Source: Balanoglossus misakiensis
Taxonomy: Eukaryota > Animalia > Hemichordata
Length of the DNA: 64,000 nt
Reading direction: 5' to 3'
NCBI GenBank assembly: GCA_040954595.2
Contig: CM082594.2
Location: 8,377,573-8,441,572 of the forward strand
This document shows, piece by piece, positions 32,950 to 47,900 of the stretch; positions within the stretch are counted from its first letter, which is position 1, and every line of letters starts with the position of its first letter. The notes below the pieces were generated by a model. It worked only from the letters and a program-made list of their open reading frames with translations. It had not been told where the DNA came from and searched no databases. The translations under genes and the position numbers were made by a program.

Positions 32950-35900
32950 TCCTCGACGTGACAGCCCCTTGTCCAACTTCAAGCAGTCCATCTTATGAGG
33001 AGAAAAGTCATTCTTGACCTCTGACCTCTCGCCCGTTTGCTTAGGTGAAAGCATGGTTGTTTACTCAGCAAGGCCTCAAGTGGTACACGGACTCTCTCGG
33101 AAAAAAGAGTGGTTTTCTCTACACGCCAAATGCATGTAAAACGGCGATTATGGTCATAGGTCACAAAATGATAGAATGGACGCCATCACGAGAGTTATCC
33201 GAACTTCATTGAGGTGGATCACACACTCAGACTTCTGTCAGCAGTGGTCAGGTGCTACACCTTGTGTTGTCACGTGATTCTAGTGTTGCTGATTACTGGC
33301 AGCGTAATGAGTCGAAATATTATTTCTGGAGCTATGGTAGAGCAAGGAGAAAAGGATGGGTTGGTGGGTTTTGGGTGAGAACACAGGGCGATTTTTTTTA
33401 TTCTCATCGATTGATCGTGAATACCAATCCGGATTATGGGTTTCTATCGTTAGTGTCACCGGCGCCTAATACATAAATTCCGTTTGTAGAAAAGGAAAAG
33501 GTGTTTCAAAAAGGAGAGGGGCAGAAATCTTCAGTGGGGAAACATGCAGCCTATAACCATGGCGAGAAATGTCATCGACCGAGAGGCCTATATTTCACAG
33601 ATTTAGTCATTGAAGGCAGAATGTGAGTGCAAGGGTGCAGATGAAGATGACCCATTTACTTCCAAACCGGATACGGGTCCCGCAAACAATGGCGAGTTCT
33701 TTTGAGATGCAGATCATGCGTCAGTGCTGACCGATGCCTTTTGAGAGAGCTCGGGGGATTGCCTTGTGTTTAAGCGCTAATTCGGTCTTGGTCTTGTTTG
33801 CTACTTAAATTGTCTGCTAATTACCCCGTGCAGCCACGCAGAAGTTCACAAGAGGAGACTGGAAAGTGTTGCAGTGCGCGGACTCTGAAGAACAATCACC
33901 GCTTGATGACTGATTAAACAGACAGGTGGATCGAGAGATAAAACGAAGAGTTATTTATAACTGTGCTTCTCCAGGTGAACATCTGAAGCAAACAGAAAAC
34001 GCAGTTGAAATCTATGCTAGCCTGTTTTCCATGTATTTGAAATGGCTAGTCGTTTGGTAACAGAAATATAGCACCGAAAATTAAACTTTCTACTTAACAA
34101 AGTTTAAAACCCACTCTGTTATACATTTTAGAATGAAAATCGGGGGGGGGGGGTATCCATGTTAGGTTTTGTATGAGTCAAAATCTCGATCAAACGAATA
34201 AACATGTTGAAAATTCAAAATGGCCGCCTACAACCTGTTTCCAATAAGAAGTGACGTGCCCAAACACCTTGGTAATTTGAATTTTAGAAACGATTTCTGA
34301 TTGGTTAAAACAAGTGACCAGATGTTCGCATATTTCCATTCAGAGCATGCTTGTTTCATTTTATTGGGGAACTTGAAGCAAGGCACGTCGTTGCGGAGTC
34401 GTCGCCCTGTGGATTTCATGACCGAAGCTCTTTTTGACACGATTGACTGGGAAACTGAGCTTATCTTATCTCAAGAAAGGACTTCAGATGTACCTAAATG
34501 CAGAAGGAGTCTCTCCTCCATTGGTCATGCATGAACACTGTTGAACTTTACCAGAAATCACGAATTCCAGGGGAACGTACAAAGTTGGGGCGTCACTGGA
34601 CCAGAGAAATGGAGCTGTTCGCATAGGTAAGCCCGCAACGTGTTACTTTGGAAAAGCATATTTTTCAGCTTCGTCTCGACCCCCAAGCGCACCCTTTGTC
34701 GTTACACGACAGAAAAAAAGTCATTGTCAATGACACAGCCCCCGCCTGATTAATTGATTTGTACACATTCGAGGAAATTATGAATCTGCACATATTCCAT
34801 CGGGATGCTATGTGGTACCAAGTTAGAATGGAGTCAGTTCAGACAGGTGTGGGTAACAGCTCCGGACATGAAAAAATCGTCATTAAATGGCTGCTCACTG
34901 ACCATGCTAATTCACATCACGCCAAAAATTGACGAGAATATGTACATCACAATATACTGCTCTTTTTTGAGTGGTGTCTTTTTACTGTTCTGTTGAAGTA
35001 GAGTGTGGTTGATTTTCTTTTCACAATTGCCTTTCATTATCGGTTCAGGCATGTGTGAGTAATGGCTCTGAACATAAAAATAAATCATAAACAAAATGGA
35101 TGTCCGGAGGCCATATATTAATTTATATCGTGACAGACATTGACATGCATATGTACACTGTATAGTACTTTGTCCTTGCACCCAGCTTGGATGGAATTGT
35201 GTCGGATATTTCCAAATGGCTTCTGACATGAAAAAAATCCAGTTTTCTGTTGTTTACGTGTGTTTTTGTTTCGGTTTTAGCATGCGCACGAGAGAATTAC
35301 TATACAGACTGAGATGCCAACAACAATAACAACAGCTGAAGTTCTTTGGATACAGCGAATGGAATAGTTTAGGGCTTAATCCAAATTTGGGATGAAGGTA
35401 AGAGAAGTTAAAGCTCCTTTGTCGAAGATGACATTTACAATCTGTCATCAAGACTTAGTTTATATCATAACTATCTTGTACAGTCTTAAGAAACTATAGA
35501 TCCTCATGTCGCTAGCGGGCGCACTCTAATTTGTAACAATGTCTTTTTGTGAAACGGAGAAAGCGCGCGTCCGATTGGAAGGACTTGATGTTGGCCAAAG
35601 TTTGGTCACCCCGTCAAACATAAACAGATCAGGACTGTAATGAGCTATAGGCGTAACTTCAGTGCTAGCTTTATACCCCCGTGTCGAGTGAATTCGTATG
35701 AGACTATTATTTGGGGCCAAGCGTACATATAGTTGCCGTTATTTTGACAATAGGACAAAAAAGAGTGTAATGATATTTGAATGGTAAAGGTCGCATGGAG
35801 ATATTTAACTCCTGTGCAGACGATGATATTTTTTATCGCTGCGCTGTCACTGTGCCGATGTTATGATTAATCACTGTAATAGAAAACTATTCATACGCAC

Positions 35901-38900
35901 ATTGTCAGTATCATGTGACGTGCAATTCACTGCCACTAAGAACCCTATTGACGTTGATACAGGGATGTCGGGGTTTCTGCCGCTCAGCTCCCGAATAATG
36001 CCGCCCAAATAGAAGTTTGTCCATTATTTAAGGGTCACGTGACATCACGGGATAAAGTGATGTCAATTTGGCTAAATTGGAAGACAACTATTAGGCTGAA
36101 CATTAATCAAAGCATTGACTCCATTCAAATAAACATAGCGTAGTTACTAGTCACAAATGTGTAACTACATTGGTTATCAATGTGTCCGGCAACAGGATTT
36201 CACATTTTACACGCCCATTTGTTTCCATGGCAACCCAGACTGCGCACGAGAGCAGTAATCGGGGACGTTCGATGAATAATGTGCGACGGGGGCCTAGACA
36301 GCGCACATGCGCATTCTGGTGTTCGTGTAAAAATTTCAATGTGTTGCACGTCGTTTTGCACAAACTGTTTGAAAAGGTGCCGGCCATAGTTCGTGACGAT
36401 GTCCAAGACAACTTTAGTGCAGTCCTGGAGTCTATATGGGATCAATGATTTTTGAGCTGGCTAATCCCAATACTAGTATGCAACAAAACGACGTTTTGAG
36501 TCAAGAATTGATTTTTTTGTCAATCTTTTGAGCGCCTTCGTGGAAGTGTGGAATGGAAAGTTGGCGTTTTCTACTTCGCTTCCGGCAAGTGGTTCCTTTC
36601 AAATCGTGTATTAACTATGTCATTCAGAGATTTAATTGATGCATAAGACAGCGGAGCAAAGCTTTTTAGCAAGCTCTTTACATAAGCTTCAGCATTGCTT
36701 GCAATACTTGTTTAGCCCGGATTAAGCAGCCTATCTATAGAATGTCCCATGCAAAATCACATCAGCGTGGTTCCCATTGTTGTCTCTCTGTTTAGTGCTG
36801 ATTAGCAAATGTCTCTGACAGAAAACCCGTCAACTTAGCCGTCGATTACAAAAACAGTGTACGCTGCCTTCAGTGCAAATACAAGTGAACGTGTTGAATC
36901 ATACCGCGGGACTGGGGCAATGTTTTCAAACATTGTTCAATGGTTGGTAAACACGTCTGTATAGAATTGAATGGACCTCGGCCATTGTTCTCCCAGTCTT
37001 ACTAACATGCCGTTCACGCCAGTCTTGCTTGCAATAAAAAAGCTGTACAAATCGAAATCACCTTTGACAATTATTCGGCAAGTTGTTTTACTGCCTCACT
37101 TTTCATGAAGGGAGAGAGAGGGGGAAAGGAAAAAATCGTTGATGGTCAATACACCAAGAAAATACGCAGCAAATTTCAAATTACTCGAAATCGATGCTTG
37201 AATAAAGATGAAGGTGAAATTTGATCGCGGTATTTGAAGCAATTTCAACTGAATGATGCCCGGGAGTACGTGCCATGCATCGGTCGATATCCGTCCCGTC
37301 GATTTTTGGGGGAGTTTTTGATACTTAAAACACTGAAGATCACCTTTCGCAGTTTCTTATTATTGCAGAAAACAAGAGCTAATAATTCCATCACATAAGA
37401 AGATTTATTGATACTGGAACAGAAACGTAAACAAATTGTGATCTGTTAATAAGGAGTGACAGCGCGTCTGGGTCTGCAGGCGCGCGCGCCCAGAAAAGTC
37501 GACTGGGTCTGTGTAAATATTCATCGAATATGTCCGACAAATTCGTGTCTTTGTTCAGTGAAAGCGTTGACTAGAATAATCTGCAAAAAGACTTGGATTT
37601 TTTTTGCTTTTTTCTCTTTCTCTGTTCGGCTGGGCATGCGTACCTCACGCAGTGTGGGACTCGTGCTATTTGTCTTTTGATAATAACACAACGGCAATAA
37701 CAAGGGTGAAGTAAGCGGTGTGTCAACATGAATCGAGGAGAACGCCTCAGGCATATTGAAGTTGATTTCGCCATCTATTAATACAATATATGTTGGTGAA
37801 GAACCCTGTTTGAGTGACTGTTACCATTGAAATGCAACAATGGGTGCAGTAAATCAATTTGGTACGGTTTTTATGACATTTACATTACCATTTGCAAAGA
37901 TTGGCCAATATTAAATTAATATGATCGATTGTGCGAGTCTGTGTGTGTCACAACGCTTTCTTTCTTCGCTGCGCTCTAATGCAACCACTTAATGTAGGTA
38001 TAATGTAAAATATGTTTGTCTTGTCGGCTGATGGATTACTTTTCCTGCTCAATACGCTTTTGTATTGCATTCGCTTATAAAATTACCGAATTGAAGCCTT
38101 TTTGTATTGATATATCTGGTTATTTTATGAATAATACCTAAGTTGCTAAAAGCTAGCGATCTATGTCTAGTGTTAGCCGGGGGATACAGAAGCCTGGCGA
38201 TCGCCCCTCTTCCGCCTTCACCGTCAATATTTCCTCTTAAAATGGACGCTTTATTTGAATTAAGCTGAATATACACTTTGTGAAAAGGAAGGCTGGCTAG
38301 CCCAAGGTCCCGTCGTGTCCGAGTCTCCGAGAGTGAGCGTTGCATAGGCTGGCATTGTCGGCAGAGGAGGAGGGGTCTTGTGTGCGCGTGCGGGCATAGC
38401 CTGTACATAAGCATAGATGTGGTCTGTAGTTGCCCTCTGCCGTACACTTTCTACACCCGCAGTGCGACTCCATCAGAGACTTCATAAAGCGAGCTAGTGG
38501 TCCTTCGAGAGCCCCTATGTCTGCTCCCTGGGATTTTAGCAGCTTTTTTTTATTTCCTAATGAGGCAACTCTCCCAGGATCGAGTGAAAAATAATAGCAT
38601 AACGAGACAAAAATATGAATAATTCCGTCTAATCTCTGACATTAACATTATAATTTCTTTCGACGTTTACAGGTATATAGCCATAATTTAATAATGCAAA
38701 CATTTTACTCCGAAAGAACGTGTTTTAATGGTGTGTTGATGGCGAACTCGTCTGTAGTTTAACAGACAGATATTTTGATAGACTCTCTACTGTTGTCACC
38801 ATATTGTGGACATGTTTACACGCCTTTAATTTGGATGTTCGGTTCACGTGGGGTGGCGTGTTTACAACCTCGGATGGTATTTGCTGAGCTACTGTTCTCC

Positions 38901-41900
38901 CGACTGGATGTTCGATTTTGCCGTATCTAGGATATTGTTTTTGTGTATATTGTACAAGAATGAGGGTGGTTAAAAACGTCTGCGACATTTGCATGGGATT
39001 TCTTGGTAATCCGTGCGAAATCCCTCATGTTGGGGACAGGTGCTGCGTAGTCCGGGATGGATTGCCGGACTAATATGCAGAACTGAAGTTGCCCGCGATG
39101 CCTTATCAGCTGTGCGTGACAACGGGAATTTATTTAATCTATCTCAACTGCACACTTTAGAATTCTACTCTCCCTCTCTCTCTCTCTCTTTCCCTCTGTC
39201 GGTTTATCTATCCGCTGTTTATGTTATTCCGTGCGTGTCCGTGAGCCTTTGCGTCGAAACGGCGGGGCGAAAAAAAAGACCACCTATTAGGCTTAGTTTG
39301 GAAAGCTGTTCAAAGATGGTTGTAAAACACGTCCAAGGCATTTGCTGGATCTATTGGCGTGGTGTTTTCCTTGTGTCTGACTATTCAGTGTGCAACAAGA
39401 AGACAAATGTGCTTTTCATACCACGCCGTGGTGGGCTCATTCACACCGTTTCACAAATCATAATATTTGGTTATTTAGTGGGTAAACATGGGCGGCGAAA
39501 CTAATTAGCAGGCATAATAGCCGCGTGGAAGGCGAAAGGACGCAATGTGCAAAGGTGTAAAATAGGCATTTAACAAATCAAACACGATGTTGTACACGCT
39601 TTTGCCAGCCTTTCTTATTCCCCCGGTCTGACATTATTCAATTATTTAATAAAGCTTTGGAGTAGAAAGTAGCTTGCGGTGGAATAGTGGTAAGTGACGT
39701 CGATTGGTCTCCCGCTGTTCTGTCCAATAAATACGCCGAGCCGAGGCTCTGCCCCAAAACAACAATTAATCGTAATAAAAAAGAATGAAAAAAGCGTGTC
39801 GCTTAGAAAGGCCGGGAGAAGGCGGGAAGTCTGTTTATTCGGGGGAACTGTGTCTACACACAACTTAAAAGTGCCATAATTTGCAGTCTACCGTTAATGA
39901 ACGCTCACATCAGAGACGTGATTTCGAATAAACGTGAAATACGGGTCTCATTACAGACGTCGATCGCGCTCTTTGGGATGAATGAGAACGGACATAACTT
40001 AAACCCGTATTCGACATTTTTATAAGAGCGGAGAAACAAAGAAACAGCATGTTTTCTTACAAAGTCCTTCCTTCAATCAATATGTGTCTCTGTTTTGGTA
40101 TTGACAGTAAAATGCATAATAGCGTGGTATTTTAATACATTCAAGAGAACGGCCTTTCCGATCAATGGAAGCTGTTATATTTGACTGACATTCATTTTCT
40201 AAAAGTTAAACACACAAAGCAAACTTCTTTTCACGGCAATTGTATCATGCCCCCTTCGATCTATTATTTATACAGTTAAGTACTGTTGTAAATTATTGCA
40301 GCCGTCGGGGAGTTTCAGAATGCCTTTTTAGATTTCGTCTTATCTGTCCCTTTTACACCTCGCCAATTTTCGGAAATTATGTCCGATATATAATTCATGC
40401 AAAGAGCTGGAACTGCGCCGCTGCTTGTAGCGCCAAATGACTCCGTGTCTAAACAAATTTACGAACATGTACAGTGGCAATGTTGTCATTGTCGATTGTG
40501 ACGTTGATTCATTTTTTTTGTTGAGCGGACGGATTTGACCTCTTGTAGTGCTCAGCGATGTTCGACACTCGTCATCGTTCAGTCTTTATTTAAACCGCAA
40601 TTCTCCACAGCGCTGAGGCGCTATCACTCCCAGCCTTTTTTTTAGTTTGGGAATTAGAATTGTATCGTGATCGAAAACGATGCTTTGTGATTTGTTAATA
40701 ACAACATGGGGCTTTCTCTGTACCAACGAGAGAAAAAATGGCAGCTTCATCCCTCTGCATCGATTTGAGAGAGACAAAAAATGTTCTGTCGGAGAGATGC
40801 ACTGGAAGAGATCTGTATCTCTGCTACAGACAAATGCATCAAACTGCCACATATACTCTCCCCCCCCCCCCCCCCTCTTTCATATTCGGCTGTGAGATGA
40901 TGCCGCCCGCGCTCTCCCGGGACGATAGCTGTCTGCCTTGGAAGTACCAGCCTAGTCTTTTTGCCGAGGTATACACGTGTCACCGGCGCACATATCTGAA
41001 GCACCGCATTGTAAGTGGGCTTGCTTCACCAGTGTTCTGTAATGTAGCCACTGTCCTCCGAGTCAATTCGCAGCACCACTACATGAAAATCATCTTAACA
41101 AATCTCCAAAGACCACCCCCCAAAGTGGATTGTCATAAGAGGAAAGTTGATAGACCAAGTAGTAGCGTTCACTGGGGGAACACTTTTAATGCAAGGGCTG
41201 TAAGGTAGAGTGTAAGATTAGTCTCCGTATTTACCTCTCCGTGTCCTACCTGATGACTTCTGCGTTGTAGTTTTATCACTTATCACTGAGGAAATCGACA
41301 ATTTTCCCTGACATCTATCATTTCCATTACATGTTTTTTTCACTGACCATTGTGTCTTGGTATCGATATCGCCCAGTCGCCATGGCAATCCATCTCAGCG
41401 GCTACATCACACATAGGGAAGGAGAAAAAAATTAACACTCCGCACATGGCGTTACTTTTTTTCTCTCTCTCCATGTGTGTCCTCAATTCACATCGATTTT
41501 TCGTTTCCCACCACTGTAAAGCTTTTCCTGAAGGTGAAATAATTACTGAAATAAAACATATAAAATCGAATTATCCAGCAGTTTTCCAAACGCTGCCTTT
41601 GTAGTGAAAAACTTGTGACATAAAATAAATGTGTAATTTAAGCGACTCAGAGCGCAAATCGGTTTAGGGCCATAAGTGGGGATAGGATAGTATTAACGAT
41701 TTCTTCGCTGACAAATCTCGATACAACAGATCACTAAAATACACTCAACTGAAAGACTATATTGTCTTTCTGTCATGTCATTTATAACTAGTAATCCCCC
41801 ATTTGCGCTAGACAGCGTTTTTCTTTTTTTTTCAAAGTTGAAGGCTAGCAATCACCTTGTTTAACAGATGAGGAGATTCTAACCAGCAGCTATAGTAAAC

Positions 41901-44900
41901 CTTGTAGACCCTTCACACGGTGGCGTTTCTTGTATTTACAAACACGGTCTCTCGTCGATATAATTATTGCTTCCAGACCGCAAAAGACCGTGAAATATGA
42001 TCTCTTTCGCAGACGAGAATTCGCCGTATAATATGAATCATAATCTCGTCTCATCTCGCGCGTAATCACCGTAAACATTTTCCACTCAGTGATTCCGCTA
42101 AAAGTCGTCTGCAATCCTCGAATATTGTGAATATCGTTGTCACCTCAGCTCATTTTTATGGGTTTCAAAGACATCGCGACGCTCTAATCATTCCCACGTC
42201 AACTTTATATCCCTAACCACATAAGATCTACGGCACTGCAACCGTGACAAATTTCGCGAATGTTTCCGCAAGATGGACACATCCGTTTTGCCGCTTTTTT
42301 CAGCGGCCACATTCGATCAGGAGAGCTTAACGGTGACCAAATACGAATTATTTTGTTTTCTAGCAGGGTTTGTCGTCTAATGCACTAGATCCCTTCATTT
42401 CCCGCTCCCTGTCTCGATGTCTCGTTAAATCTCGAAGCGTGAGACCCACCTGTCAGTTCGATAACGCCGCGCGCGTTCTCTTCCACTTGTCCGTCTAAAA
42501 CCGTTCTCACAACCCGCTTCCCTTTGCAACAAAGAACTAGGGAGGCCTACAAGTCAAATCATTCTCATCAGAAAAAAAAATTACCATCACCTAATGTAAG
42601 TTATTTTTGTAAACGCTGGGAAAATACTGTTTATCTGGCGATGTAAATTCAATTTCCCCTCTGCACGACTCTTTGACGTATCTCCAAAATGGCCGGACCA
42701 TATTGACATTAATATGAACAGCTAAGTGTCTTTCATCGAACCAAGCAGGAAGCTCGCTTGTCCCGTGCATCATTTTGATCAGACGATAGGACCCGAAATC
42801 ATAATATTAACATCTCTGGCAAGTCTTTGTGTACCTTTGTGGCCGTTTACCGCTATTATATTTCATCCGCCACGAATTCATCGTTGTAATCGCAGTCGTA
42901 AAGTTAAGCGCTGTTTTGGATTGATGGAGAGACTTAATATAATTTCAACCTCTCATCGCCCTGAGATATTCCGCCGTTGAATATTAATGGCGGGGTGTTT
43001 TCAATAATGAAACTCGGTCCTTAGGTGTGCTTTATTATTTACACCCACCTGAGTTAATAAGCAGTATTGTTTGTCTAAATGTTCCTCTGACATGAAGATT
43101 AGGCTACGCTTAGTGTGAAACGCTTGGCGAATCAGCCCTTCTCAGTCCAATGCTGTGTTTCATATACAGTACAAATGGCGAACACTTGGGTAGGGAATGT
43201 TGCCTATACATGCTCAAGATGTCGGCGCTAATTTACTTAACTCCGTCGCGGCTCATTTTCTCGTCTCGAGACGTCTAGATTCCTAATAAAAAATACTGGG
43301 GTCGGCATTAAAATGTGCCCAGCGTTTTTTTCTCCCATTTGATATAAGATGCGATACACGGTGAATAAATCCGATGGTAATCTGCGTTGCTATCTTATCG
43401 GGGCGACCACTTCAGCGCACGATACCCGCTACCACACCCCGATTCCCGCCTTCGCAGTTTAGATCCCCATTGTCTGTGTTTGCTTGGTTTCTTAAAGATA
43501 CCGACTCGCTCTATTTTTCTTATCACCTGCCAAACTTGAAAGCTTTAAATCACGATGGTCTTATCTGTGTTTTCTGTCAGAGTAAACCCTCAAGTTACAC
43601 GTTTTTCTCTCCGTCAGTGCTGTGCAGGTATATATTTTTTGTCTCCATGTCGTATAGCCGCCCTGCCAGCCCTGGCCGCCCGACTCACCTTGCAAAAAGA
43701 CAACACAGCATCACGTGATGGGATTTTTAAGGCTATAGAGTTGACTAGTGTGAAAGAAACAGAGCGGGCAGGAGTCGCTAGTCGCTCTGACCAGTTGATG
43801 TGTCAGTTCTCTGACACCTTACAAGTATTAAATCCGCGTCTCAGTCCATTTTCTCTCTTCTACACCTAGTTTTCACTTGGCGCAGGAAGTTTCAGACACT
43901 CTAAGCCTCTAATGTTGTTTCGTAAAAGCCTGGCAGCGGTTTTACGCTTTATCCGTTGCACTTTCTGCAAAGTACCAGAGCCCACTAGAGACCGATCGCC
44001 GAGTCTGGACAGACGTGGCATTACTTACCTTTTTTGTCATGACTGTCTATAGCTGCCACCAAACATTCGCCATCTTTATCTTGTTTCATTCATCTTATTC
44101 CCATGAATTGCTACCTGAAGTCGTTTTACCAGAGATATGTTTGTTAATTACTGTACTTGTAGTACAGCCAAGATATGATTCCTGTCGAGCTCTCGCCTTA
44201 TTGAGTGAAAATTATGGACGAATAATATGAAACCAAACGCAAACTATTTGGGTCGTATTGGACCTTTAAAATTTCGTAAGTTTATAAAATCTCGAAAATT
44301 ATTGCGTAATTTTTCTTTAAAAAACTAAGTAGATTTTATGAAACATCCACTAATTTCGATAATTCTCAAATCTATGTAAAACTTTAATACTTCGATTGTT
44401 TGTGTATTAATTAGAATAATCTGCTACACGATAATCGGTTAATGTTTACTTATAACGCTGAAGCAAACAATTTATTTAATCATATATGTAACGGGTCAAA
44501 GGTCGTGTAAACCTTTAAGATCTTAGACCAAAAAGTGAAGTATTAATGTAGTAGACGTAAAGCATTTTAACTCGTTGGATTGGTGATCAGGTATGGTTAT
44601 TACCCCCGTGAGATTGTCGTCATTTCTGAAAGGTATAGTTTCAAGGGCCGTGACTTGAGAGACGTTCGTAAGACTGTTCGATGTTCACTCGAAGGTCAGC
44701 GCTTGCGCTGATCCAGTCACGTGACGGTGACGACAGTGGCAAGACTGGGAATTCTGTCCTGTTCGTGATCAAACTGTACACATGCTGAATTTTTGTTGGA
44801 GTTGGCTATCTACACCCTCTTTTCTCGAGCAAATCTTAATATTTCTCTTGTGAGACGCCGGGCTCCGCTGGTCCGGCCTGAAATCATATCTCCGGCTGAA

Positions 44901-47900
44901 AACGAGACACTTCTTGTCAACTGATATCACGGCAATCTTGTGGCCTGATGATTTAGCTGTGTCACTTCGCATAAATAATATATAAATAAACTTAGGAAGA
45001 CATAAAATGACCAGTGCATCGGCAGGTGCTGTAGTGAGGACGTGTTTGTTTACGTGTTTACGATTGATCCAGTGTCTGCTATATCAATATCGTACTATGG
45101 ACGATGGACGTTGTGCAGCAGGCCTCCTATACATGTACATGTAGTTCCATAGCCAGGTATTCTTATATAAAGCATACGGACATCGTTGCAGGTCGCCCAA
45201 TATTTGGAGAGGTCTTCTTGTATTGTATGCCCCCTACTGTCAAAGGACATCGATTACTGTCAATGAAAACCGTATCAGTGATGACAGGTTGATGAAATTT
45301 CCTGATAGTGAACTTGACCGACATCCCATGATCAAGCTAAGTACTTGTCAGGTGATTTCTCGCACTGGTGATTAATTCGCTCCGGTCATTGGTCAATGAC
45401 TAAAAAAGTACATGTGTCTCTAAAACATGATTCGAGTTTATAGGTTAACCAAAGTTCATGCCATGCAACGAGCAAAATAATCATAAAGTAGTTCACGTGT
45501 TGTGAAACTTCGTTCGTGGTGTTCGAAAGTTGGGTTGGTAGTTGACAGCTTGTCGGTGTATCGGATGACGTTTTTTTGTGGCCGTAGCTGGTTCTTCTGC
45601 CTCCTCTAAGAATGTAATTTTGGTCTTTGCTCGGATTGCGGTTGTTTGTATTCTTTGTTTCATTACCGTCATTTAAGATATACACCAGTGTCTTTCTGAC
45701 TTATACTCTGTTACCTCATGATGTCTTTTCGAGTTCATCCCCAAACCCTACTACATTTCTCTGCAATTCGCAAAATTATCAGGGATAGCGAAGAGTTGCA
45801 TTATCGTGTGAGTTATGCGGCCAGAGTAAAAGATTGATGAAACTGAAGTGATTCCACTGCTCTGATGTAGATGATGGGCGGTCTGCGCGTGTGAGAGCGA
45901 CAATGACAGGCGACAAAGAAACAAAACATGACATGTCGCTGGGAAAAGGTACTTGATTGCCGTTTGATTGTCATAAATGACATTTCCACCATGAAAATTA
46001 CATTTGCCCCTTTTAGAGAGTCAACTGAAAATGGATGGGTTTTTCTTGTTTGTCAATAATGTAAAGTGACAAGTCACTTTTACGGAACCATTTTAACATC
46101 ATTAATAAATGGGGCATATTTGATGAAATCCGCATTTCTGTTTTTTTTCCTACATGAGGGGGAAGCAGTTGTACACATCCCCAGTGGCGCTCTCCACTCG
46201 TTTAGATTTAGACTCAATTAAGGTAACTTTAAATCGGACAACGGGAATACATAAATGGTTTCATGGAAATTAATGAATACGAGATGCAGATTGGCGTTTA
46301 GCACAATTTTGCCACGAGAGTTTTGGCCAATAAAACAAAAAAATGGCGATGGACTAACCCCTCCCGTGTATGTAGCTCGCTGTTGAACTAACTACAAGCC
46401 CTGTGATTCCCAATCTCCGCGAAAGTGAATCGTCACCTCCTCGCAATCTCCGAAGTTTCCTATTAAATTGGTGAAATGTACGTACAGCTTGTCAATAAAT
46501 TGAACACGTTTGTGTCGACAAATGAACATGTAGATTCGACAACGCGAAATCCCCCTATCAACTCCATCACGAAACATGCGTACAAGACGTAGAGGCCTGT
46601 ACAATCTGCCACTCTACATCCAGTGCGCTGTATCGCTCGACAAAATTCGCTGTTGAAACACCTCTCTTGCATACTGTCGTGGGCAATCGAATAACACGTA
46701 TGCGACAGATCGGCGGGGATAGCCAGAAGAATTGCACGACAGATCTGCCGATGATATCGAGATGTGACGAAAAAGTGACGCGAGACGATAGTGCCTGTCT
46801 CAGTCAAAGATTTCAATGTTGGCATTGATTGAACGACGTGTTTCTTTGATCCTGGCGTTGTTTCGCGTTATATTGGGTTCAAGTTAACACGGGGTATTTT
46901 TGATTAGTTTTTATCACTTCAGCCAATTTCCCTGTTAGCTCAGTATAAAACAACACCATTTTAAAAATATAGATTTCTAGTCTTGATATGAATTTTGGTA
47001 GCAGTTTCTCGGTGTGGAAGTTAATCGCCAAACCCCAGAGTTCCGCGGCGGGCATGTCCCGTTTTTTTCAACAAGTGCAACGGTCACTCAAAAGAACTGA
47101 CTCTACAAATTACAACACGACGGATAAAATGTCGAAATTGCCAAGAACGGCTCAGTCAATGACAATTCAATTTGAGAAAGTAAATCGACCTTTTATTATA
47201 AAATCAACTTCAGGATAACTCGCAGCACCTGTGACAGTTGTTATTTAAGCGACGTTTTAGTTGAATATACAGGGCGTGCTTCTCATCCCTAGCTTCACTC
47301 CATCCGTACCATAAAACGCTTATCAAATGGATGTAGCCTCCACCGGAAAATTAAAATGGATCAGGTAGCCATGGCAACAGGGTATTGTAAAGGATGACAA
47401 CCATTACTCCTGACGGAAGCGATTTTCTACTTTCATTTTTTGTATACAAATCGGATTTTTTCCTATTAGATGTATCACATTCAATTTGGCGGCAATACAT
47501 TTTAGCGCCGTATGAATTATAAGTTGACCTCACCAATTTACGCAATCAAAGAGAGACTAAACACTCTACAGACACCCACTAACACTAAAATGGCGTAAAA
47601 ATATTGCGTCACTTAACTACTTTTGGTCCTTTGTTAGTCGATTGTACACGGTATCTACACGTTTACAGGAAAACACTTGTAGGCAAAACAATGAATTTTG
47701 TAATGGGCATTTCGCGAAATGTATGCATAATAAACTTCGCGAATCACATTTTAAATTGTATGTAATGGTTGTATGGTTGACTCAAAATCGTTTTCCTTCT
47801 TTGTCTGACTGTCCGGTTTTATCTCTGACTCCGTTTGCTGCCCCTGTTTCCCTCTGTCTGTTGGACTGTTTTTATATGTCCATGACGGTCTGCCTTCTAG

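Noticed and set aside
35280-35400. 'RELL...QQLKFFGY' resembling the RTE C-terminal RQL.FFGH motif
   Set aside because: Too short and degenerate to call.
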